DNA from: an uncultured Bacteroidales bacterium
GTDB taxonomy: Bacteria; Bacteroidota; Bacteroidia; Bacteroidales; F082
Assembly (NCBI GenBank): GCA_947303055.1
Contig: CAMYXV010000001.1
Coordinates: forward strand, 3,961-67,960
Length of the DNA: 64,000 nt
Direction: 5' to 3'
Both the position numbers and the translations under genes were made by a program. The notes beneath the pieces are model-generated. The model was not told the origin of the DNA. It saw only the letters and a program-made list of their open reading frames with translations, and made no database searches. Below are positions 55,942-62,982 of this stretch, one piece after another (the stretch's first letter is position 1; every line of letters begins with the position of its first letter).

Positions 55942-57154
55942 GGCGTATGAGTTGGAACAACTCCGACAATTGTTGATGAGTCCGGGATTAAAGTCGGGTC
56001 TTTATCTGCTTGATACAGATCTTTCTGATGAAGATATAGAGGCTTTTATAAAACATCAGGGCTTCTCGTCTTATGTGAAAGAATCCCTTTTTCCTTCAAT
56101 AGAGGGGTCTGCATTCGAACTTTTTGTAATAGGATTAAGTTACAAATGTAATGATAAGGTAATAGACGGCCTACGAGGTCAGCTTTTTACGGCAGAGGGG
56201 AAAAGGAAGGAAATAATCATATATAGTATGTTTATACAGATGATACAAACACTTTTCCCATCAGAGAAGTCTGTTTTACAGGTTGTGGGTGAGATGGACT
56301 TGTCAATGATTTGTCATGAGGATTTATGTTTGATAAACGAAGCTCTAGGTCACAATAGTGAGGTTGTTCTATTAATAAGCAAAAACAAGGGAGCTTTTTC
56401 GCAAAAGTGTGATCCTATAATAAATAGAGTTTCTTTTAAAGAAGAAAAAAAATACATATTTATGGAAAATAGATTGGACAAGGTGCACATTTCATACAAA
56501 CACGATGATGAACACAAAGATGTGTTAGAGGCTATAAAAAGAGGGTTGGATAAAAACAAAATCCCATATTCAATAGACGAATATGATATTCTTTATCGCG
56601 ACAATATTGAAGATTACGAAAAAGAGATAGGATTATCAGGAAGAGTTATTATGTTTGTAATACCATCATATCTGAAGTCGCTAGCCTGTATGTTTGAGAT
56701 GACACAAATGTTTAAAAATGGAAATGTTAGAGAACGACTATTCCCTGTAGTTGATATGAAAGGTATACGTCGAGACGGAGATGGGCTTAAAGAGATAAAA
56801 GATTATTGGCATAATGAAAAATGTAGAAAGTCTGAACAAATAAAGACAGAACCAGGTGGTTCGGAATTTATTCTCAAAGAAATCCAAAAAATCGATGAAA
56901 TTATCAATACTATGAATAAATTGTGGGATTTCTTGATTAATGAGAATACGGGTGATTATAAAAAGTTAATTGAAAACGATGCAGCATTGCTGATGGAGGA
57001 ACTAAAGAGATCGTTGCCTCAAGTCTCCGCTCCGATTGATAATGTTTTTGTTCCATCTGGTGATACTAAGCCAACCGAATATCAAACAGTTAATCAATAT
57101 GGTGAGAAATCTATCTATGTTCAGAATAATTCTGGGAACATTATTATAAACTGA
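55928..57154 (+). CDS. TIR-like domain protein (408 aa) with an unknown N-terminal domain
   Basis: KVHISYKHDDEHKDVLEAIKRGLDKNKIPYSID ... VIMFVIPSYLKSLACMFEMTQMF. It overlaps the NTPase gene by 14 nt. Confidence 0.7.
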   Translation: MTMNKAYELEQLRQLLMSPGLKSGLYLLDTDLSDEDIEAFIKHQGFSSYVKESLFPSIEGSAFELFVIGLSYKCNDKVIDGLRGQLFTAEGKRKEIIIYSMFIQMIQTLFPSEKSVLQVVGEMDLSMICHEDLCLINEALGHNSEVVLLISKNKGAFSQKCDPIINRVSFKEEKKYIFMENRLDKVHISYKHDDEHKDVLEAIKRGLDKNKIPYSIDEYDILYRDNIEDYEKEIGLSGRVIMFVIPSYLKSLACMFEMTQMFKNGNVRERLFPVVDMKGIRRDGDGLKEIKDYWHNEKCRKSEQIKTEPGGSEFILKEIQKIDEIINTMNKLWDFLINENTGDYKKLIENDAALLMEELKRSLPQVSAPIDNVFVPSGDTKPTEYQTVNQYGEKSIYVQNNSGNIIIN

Positions 57155-57408
57155 AATGTTATTATGCCATTAAAAAAGCCGCCTATGCAGACGGCTCGAT
57201 AATTTTACACTAGTGTGGTTTTTAGAGAGTGCCGAAGCGTGGATGAATGCCTAGATTTCATTCAAGCCTGTAGAGTTCTTCTCCAGGCGTGACGAATCCC
57301 TTTCGCTGAATGACCTCTTTGCAGATATTAATCAGTACACCTCCATGTGGGATTTGGCCTGAACATCCACTTGTTTAACGTCGCTATCTCCATAGTCCGA
57401 CGACCTAA

Positions 57409-58380
57409 ATGGCGGTGCAAAATTACAAAAAAATCATGACATACCCGATAGAAATCAAAGGAAAGACAAAAAAGCAAGTCACGAAGCTGAACCTTTCTGG
57501 TTGTAAATTAACTTCTTTCCCTGAAAACATATTTGAATATACCAACCTTACAAAGCTGGTTTTGAGCAACAATAGGATTAAGGTTATCCCAGCGGATATA
57601 CTGAAATTGAAGAAGCTCAAAATGCTTGATTTATCGAACAACGAAATAAAAGTCTTGCATAGTGCTGTATTCAAACTACCGAAATTGAAGATTCCGAATG
57701 TTTATGGAAACCAAATAAAAAAGTTCCCTAAACAGGTGTTTGAATCACATTTGGAAAAGATAATTGTTGGGAAAAACCCAATGGAAAACGAAGAAATAGA
57801 GAAAATAAGTTTGCTTTGTGAGGTAGTCGCAGATAAGAACCAATTCAGTTCTTCAACGATAAAAGTAGAAGAATCAAACAAGGGAGAAGTTAAAGTGGAA
57901 GATATGAAAAAAGACAAAAATACTGAGCAGAAACACAGCATTTTTATTAGTTATTCGCATAAGGATATGGAGTGGTTGGGTAGAGTAAAAACCCACTTAA
58001 AGCCACTGGCAAGATATTATAGCATTGACGAGTGGGATGACCAAAAGTTGAGGACAAGCGATAAGTGGAAAGAAGAAATAACAAAGGCTTTAAACAATGC
58101 TACGATAGCTATATTGTTGTTTTCTCCTGATTTTATGGCTTCTGATTTTATCGTCAATAACGAACTACAGCCTTTGCTCGATAATGCCAAAAGTGGTGGG
58201 GTGAGGATTATGCCTGTATTTGTAAGGCCGTGTGCAATGTTTGAAGAGAGTGGCCTTTCGGATTATCAGGCACCAAGCGGTAAGGAAAGGACATTAATTG
58301 AAATGAATGAAGGTGAAATTGACAGGACGTTGATGAAATTGGTTGAAGATATAAAACATTTTATCAATAAGAATAAATAA
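57409..58380 (+). CDS. leucine-rich-repeat + TIR domain protein (323 aa)
   Basis: LRR units (LNLSGCKLTSFPENIF, LTKLVLSNNRIKVIP, LKMLDLSNNEIKVL). TIR core HSIFISYSHKDMEWLGRVKTHLKPL ... IAILLFSPDFMASDFIVNNELQPLL. Confidence 0.85.
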   Translation: MAVQNYKKIMTYPIEIKGKTKKQVTKLNLSGCKLTSFPENIFEYTNLTKLVLSNNRIKVIPADILKLKKLKMLDLSNNEIKVLHSAVFKLPKLKIPNVYGNQIKKFPKQVFESHLEKIIVGKNPMENEEIEKISLLCEVVADKNQFSSSTIKVEESNKGEVKVEDMKKDKNTEQKHSIFISYSHKDMEWLGRVKTHLKPLARYYSIDEWDDQKLRTSDKWKEEITKALNNATIAILLFSPDFMASDFIVNNELQPLLDNAKSGGVRIMPVFVRPCAMFEESGLSDYQAPSGKERTLIEMNEGEIDRTLMKLVEDIKHFINKNK

Positions 58381-58412
58381 AAGTTGAAATAAACAAATAC
58401 ACAATAATTGCA

Positions 58413-59450
58413 ATGAAGAACATACTTGTGACTGGTGGTGCCGGGTTTATCGGCTCGAACTTGATAAAGCGTCTTTTCGCTGACTTGAAGGGCGCAACGA
58501 TTGTGAACATCGATAATATGAATGCCTATTACGATGTCAGTTTGAAAGAGTATCGCTTGAAGGAACTTGATGCGATGGTTCCCGAAGGGATAAACTATAA
58601 GTTTGTGAAAGGCTCAATTGCTGACAAGGCTTTGGTGGATAAACTCTTTGAGGACTATAAGTTCGATGTGGTGGTGAACCTTGCAGCCCAAGCTGGAGTT
58701 CGCTATAGCATCGAGAACCCTGACGTGTATATTGAAAGCAACATCATTGGTTTCTACAACATCCTCGAAGCCTGCCGCCACAACCCCGTGGAACATCTTG
58801 TGTATGCATCGTCATCCAGCGTGTATGGCGGCAACAAGAAGGTGCCGTTTGCGGTGGAGGACAGGGTGGACAACCCCGTTTCGCTCTATGCCGCCACCAA
58901 GAAGAGCAACGAGCTGTTTGCCCATTGCTACTCGAAGCTTTACAACATCCCATCAACTGGCCTTCGTTTCTTCACCGTGTATGGCCCTGCCGGAAGGCCC
59001 GACATGGCCTACTTCGGTTTCACCAACAAGCTGCTGCGTGGCGAAACTATCCAGATCTACAACTACGGCAACTGCCGCCGCGACTTCACCTACGTGGACG
59101 ACATTGTGGAAGGCATAGTGCGCGTGATGGCGAAAGCCCCTGAGAAACGCAATGGCGAAGACGGCCTGCCTCTGGCTCCATACGCGGTTTACAACATTGG
59201 TGGCGGCCAGCCGGAGAACCTGCTGGACTTTGTGCAGACGTTGCAAGAGGAGCTTTTGAGAGCTGGTGTCCTACCGCAGGACTATGACTTCGAAGCCCAC
59301 AAGCAGCTGGTGCCTATGCAGCCTGGTGATGTGCCGACCACGTATGCAGATGCTACGGCTTTGGAACGGGATTTCGGGTTTACTCCAAAGATTACGCTGA
59401 GAGAAGGATTGCGGAAGTTTGCGGAGTGGTATAAGGCTTACTACAAATAG
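58413..59450 (+). CDS. NAD-dependent nucleotide-sugar epimerase (UDP-glucuronate 4-epimerase-like)
   Basis: VTGGAGFIGSNL and YAATKKSNE (YxxxK). Extended SDR length. Confidence 0.9.
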   Translation: MKNILVTGGAGFIGSNLIKRLFADLKGATIVNIDNMNAYYDVSLKEYRLKELDAMVPEGINYKFVKGSIADKALVDKLFEDYKFDVVVNLAAQAGVRYSIENPDVYIESNIIGFYNILEACRHNPVEHLVYASSSSVYGGNKKVPFAVEDRVDNPVSLYAATKKSNELFAHCYSKLYNIPSTGLRFFTVYGPAGRPDMAYFGFTNKLLRGETIQIYNYGNCRRDFTYVDDIVEGIVRVMAKAPEKRNGEDGLPLAPYAVYNIGGGQPENLLDFVQTLQEELLRAGVLPQDYDFEAHKQLVPMQPGDVPTTYADATALERDFGFTPKITLREGLRKFAEWYKAYYK

Positions 59451-59512
59451 TTGTAGGTTTACGGCTTAAAAAGGCGTTCGGCGGTTTTACTGGACATAAT
59501 CATATAGAAGAA

Positions 59513-60235
59513 ATGTTGCCAATAAAAGAATTGACACCTGTAGAAAAGGAAATTGATGTATTGTTGGGGAAGTCGGCTTTCTACCTCCAGACCTATCGTG
59601 CGATTGATGCATTGAATATGTTGCAACAGGCACGGGAAATGGCAGAAACAAATGAAGTGAATAGTCAGATAAGAGCTGTCATCTATAGAAATATGGGGCA
59701 AGCCCAGTTTCAGTCGGGAAAATTCGACGATGCGATGAGCAATTTTATTCTCAGCTATGAAACCTTTGAAGATGAAAACGACAAAGCGGCAGCAGCAGGA
59801 TTGATCGCCGATTATTACCTGCAGGCTGGGAAGTGCGAGGAAGCCCATGGATATGCTAACAAGGCTTTAGGTTTGGCTAAAGCTCCCGAACTGATGGCAC
59901 ACCCATACCAGATTATGGGTGGCATAGCTATTGAAGAGGGAGACTATCCTAAAGCATTGGAATTAATGAACAAGGCTGCGGAAAAGGCAGAAGAGGCTCA
60001 TTGTATAACCGATCTGGCCATGATTATCATGGATATTTCGGTTATTTTTGTGAAGATGGGAAAACTGGAGACGGCTCTTAGTGAGATGTTCCGGGCGGAA
60101 CGCTATGTGAAGGAATGTAGGAATTGGGATTTGTATTTGCGCTGTGCCATCAGACGGGCTAAGGTTTTATACAAGATGGGACGAGACGAAGAGGCTAAAA
60201 AACTCGTATGCGCATTGGAGGAACATAAGCGATAG
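59513..60235 (+). CDS. tetratricopeptide-repeat protein (240 aa)
   Basis: Repeated 34-aa helical units (YRNMGQAQFQSGKFDDAMSNF, IADYYLQAGKCEEAHGYANKAL, MGGIAIEEGDYPKALELMNKA). Confidence 0.65.
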   Translation: MLPIKELTPVEKEIDVLLGKSAFYLQTYRAIDALNMLQQAREMAETNEVNSQIRAVIYRNMGQAQFQSGKFDDAMSNFILSYETFEDENDKAAAAGLIADYYLQAGKCEEAHGYANKALGLAKAPELMAHPYQIMGGIAIEEGDYPKALELMNKAAEKAEEAHCITDLAMIIMDISVIFVKMGKLETALSEMFRAERYVKECRNWDLYLRCAIRRAKVLYKMGRDEEAKKLVCALEEHKR

Positions 60236-60238
60236 AAG

Positions 60239-61327
60239 ATGGGTAAACTGATGTTCAGTGCAGCGGAAATAAACGCGCTCCCTACCATTTTGGACGTTGT
60301 GGAGCAACTATCTGTCGTGGAGAATCAAATGGCGCTTAGAACGTCGTCAATCATACCGCCCATGCAGTTTTTTGACGAAGGCCGCTACAGTTTTGTGTCG
60401 GATTCCCATAATCACAATATTGTACGCCTGATGCCAACGTCACAAACGCCATTTCTATTCTTTCGCGGGCAAAGCCGGTATCATGATCCATGTTATCCTA
60501 CATTATACAGAGGGGAAAAGGAAGGAGAGCTGGCGTCCGAAGAGGATGTGGCAAGCAATCGCATCAAAATATGTGAATTCTCTTTTTTGTTGGGCACACA
60601 TCCTGTTTTTCGCGAAGTAGCGCTTAATACCCATGTGGATATGGTGGCATTGGCTCAACACTATGGGCTGTCAACGGAGTATCTGGATATTACCAACAGT
60701 AAGTGGGTGGCAGCTTTCTTTGCCTCAACTCGTTATGAAGGTGACACGGATTCATATTGCCCTGTAGGGAGAGACTATGCTGAAGGATATGGTGTGATTT
60801 ATGTTGCGAAAGATGTTGTGGATCAATTTTCGGATGCTTTTTTTGAGAAGAACGAGGTGATCGGTTATCAGTATTTCGAGCGCCCCTCAAAACAGTCGTC
60901 ATTTGGATTTAAGCTGAATAAAGGTGAGGATTTCAATCAGCTGCCTTATTTTGAAAAAGTGTTTTTTAGGCACGATATAGAGGCCTCAAGCATTGTGTAC
61001 AATATGGCATATCGTCAAAATCGGTATGTGCCAAGAGACGAGCTTTCGAAACTGGCGCGTATCATAGCTGATAGTAATGAGGTGACAAGACAAGCATTGT
61101 TTAAGTGTTGGCAGACCTATTATCAAGATAAGGATCTCGTTTATTTGGATAAGGTGTGTGCAAATAAAGGATGGAAGATTCGCGAGGATACCAAGCCGAT
61201 AGCGAAGTTTGACGAGGCAGTTTTGGCTGACGATTGGAAAAAATGGAATGAATTTGGCCGTGAAAACCTGAAATCACGTATTCTACCGCTTATTGCAGTG
61301 ACCAGCGTCCCATATGAAAATGAATAG
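60239..61327 (+). CDS. FRG-domain protein (362 aa)
   Basis: FFRGQSRYHDPCYPTLYRG and ALAQHYGLSTEYLDITNSKWVAAFFA. It starts 3 nt after the TPR gene stop. Confidence 0.8.
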   Translation: MGKLMFSAAEINALPTILDVVEQLSVVENQMALRTSSIIPPMQFFDEGRYSFVSDSHNHNIVRLMPTSQTPFLFFRGQSRYHDPCYPTLYRGEKEGELASEEDVASNRIKICEFSFLLGTHPVFREVALNTHVDMVALAQHYGLSTEYLDITNSKWVAAFFASTRYEGDTDSYCPVGRDYAEGYGVIYVAKDVVDQFSDAFFEKNEVIGYQYFERPSKQSSFGFKLNKGEDFNQLPYFEKVFFRHDIEASSIVYNMAYRQNRYVPRDELSKLARIIADSNEVTRQALFKCWQTYYQDKDLVYLDKVCANKGWKIREDTKPIAKFDEAVLADDWKKWNEFGRENLKSRILPLIAVTSVPYENE

Positions 61328-61369
61328 AGTTGATCGGCTAACGTTATCCAAGCTGGATTATTAGCTGAA

Positions 61370-61609
61370 ATGTTCGACGATGAATACAATTATGTTAAGG
61401 CTTACCAACAATTAGTCTCTGCCAAAGAATCTCATAGGACGATTGAAGAGATTGTTGTTGATTTGCAAAACGAGTTGCGACCTATAAAGGAGGAATCGCT
61501 GCTTGTTCATGCTATGCGGTTGTTTGTTGAACTGGGCAATAGATCATCATCACCGCTTTATGAGCATCTTCAATCGCCAATGCGACAAACGCCTTTGCTC
61601 TTTGTGTGA
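61370..61609 (+). CDS. hypothetical protein (79 aa)
   Basis: ORF only. No motif. Confidence 0.3.
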   Translation: MFDDEYNYVKAYQQLVSAKESHRTIEEIVVDLQNELRPIKEESLLVHAMRLFVELGNRSSSPLYEHLQSPMRQTPLLFV

Positions 61610-61841
61610 ACTCTATAGAGAAAAAGTGAGTCAACGATTTGCAAATTATCTATCTAGAATAGGATTGCCATGATATTATTTGGGTCAAGTGGTTGTGAAT
61701 AATGCGCGATATTAAATTTCGCCATACGTCTTATGTTTTGATTGGAAGGCTTGATTATAAAACAAAATAATCAATGAAATATGATATGCGGCATCAAGAT
61801 AAGTGAGATTTGATAATTAGTGTTGATATGTAAAATATTTG

Positions 61842-61849
61842 TATATTTG
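61842..61849 (+). promoter_or_regulatory. Bacteroidetes -7 promoter element (TAnnTTTG)
   Basis: TATATTTG followed by CAAAAAAT, 18 nt upstream of the ATG at 61867. Confidence 0.5.
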
Positions 61850-61866
61850 CAAAAAATTATATCCAC

Positions 61867-62037
61867 ATGAAAAATAGGAATGACAATTTGTCAAAGATGT
61901 ATGAAGGTGTGATGAATGGTTTTAGTTCACAACCCTATGTTCCAGGCAATTGGCCGATGGAAAATGGCGTGTACAAACAATATTCAGCTTTTGAAAAAAC
62001 CAACAATTCTGTGGGAGGGACAAGTTATAATGATTAA
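61867..62037 (+). CDS. small ORF (56 aa), not in the supplied track (below its length cut-off)
   Basis: MKNRNDNLSKMYEGVMNGFSSQPYVPGNWPMENGVYKQYSAFEKTNNSVGGTSYND. It lies directly behind the promoter motif and 12 nt before the protease gene. Confidence 0.35.
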   Translation: MKNRNDNLSKMYEGVMNGFSSQPYVPGNWPMENGVYKQYSAFEKTNNSVGGTSYND

Positions 62038-62049
62038 TTTTTCTGTATT

Positions 62050-62958
62050 ATGCCAACATGGAGTGTACTTTTGAATGAAGCCAATAGGTTGGGGGCAAAA
62101 AACCCTAATGCTGCCATAAATTATATTGTTAGTCAAAAAAGGGATTTTCTCAAAAGATTATCAGAGAAAACAGGGAGAAATACTATTTTGTATTTCTCTG
62201 GTTTTCTACAAAAACAACCTTCAAATGATGCTTCCATAAATGATTTAGATATCAACGCTTTTATGGAAAATATCCATGGTTTGGATAAAAATGTCGGATT
62301 GGACTTAATATTACATACACCAGGCGGTGATTTGGCGGCGACCGAACATATTATTAAATATATAAAAACTTGTTTTCACGGCGACATTAGAGCTATAATA
62401 CCACAGATGGCTATGTCTGCGGGATCTATGATGGCGGTTTCATGTAAGTCGGTTGTTATGGGAAAACAATCATCTCTTGGCCCATTCGATCCACAGCTAA
62501 ATGGTGTGCCGTGCCAATCTGCTATTCGGGAGTTTTATAAGGCCGTTGATGATGTTTCAAAAAATGCCGCATCACTTGGATTGTGGCAGGCAATTCTGTC
62601 CAAATTGAATCCAACATTTTTAACCCTTTGTGCACAAGCTGATGAGCTTGCTGAAGAATTGACCGAGAAAATTTTAGCAGACAAAAATATTGACGAGGCT
62701 ACTAAAACTAAAATCAAAATGTTATTTGCCAAAAATGAAAACACCAAAACACATAGACGTCATATAGATAGGGATCAGTGCAGAGAAGCTGGCTTGGATA
62801 TAATCGATTTGGAGGATGATAATGATCTGCAGGATATTGTTCTAAGCATACATCATTGTTGTATGATATTGGCGGAAAAGACTCCTGTAATTAAAATTGT
62901 TGAAAATAATATTGGCGGCTGCTATATAAGAAATATGGCCATGCCTTCTCCAGTATAA
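62050..62958 (+). CDS. Clp-fold serine protease (S49 / SDH-family-like)
   Basis: ILHTPGGDLAATEHI and the nucleophile context QMAMSAGSMMAV. Confidence 0.75.
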   Translation: MPTWSVLLNEANRLGAKNPNAAINYIVSQKRDFLKRLSEKTGRNTILYFSGFLQKQPSNDASINDLDINAFMENIHGLDKNVGLDLILHTPGGDLAATEHIIKYIKTCFHGDIRAIIPQMAMSAGSMMAVSCKSVVMGKQSSLGPFDPQLNGVPCQSAIREFYKAVDDVSKNAASLGLWQAILSKLNPTFLTLCAQADELAEELTEKILADKNIDEATKTKIKMLFAKNENTKTHRRHIDRDQCREAGLDIIDLEDDNDLQDIVLSIHHCCMILAEKTPVIKIVENNIGGCYIRNMAMPSPV

Positions 62959-62982
62959 TAATTAATACCAAGAACACTAATC

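Noticed and set aside
57190-57400. A minus-strand coding-like fragment (…GQIPHGGVLINICKEVIQRKGFVTPGEELYRLE*) in the 254-nt gap before the LRR-TIR gene.
   Set aside because: It has only about 35 codons, no start codon and no recognisable family. It may be a gene remnant but cannot be supported as a feature.
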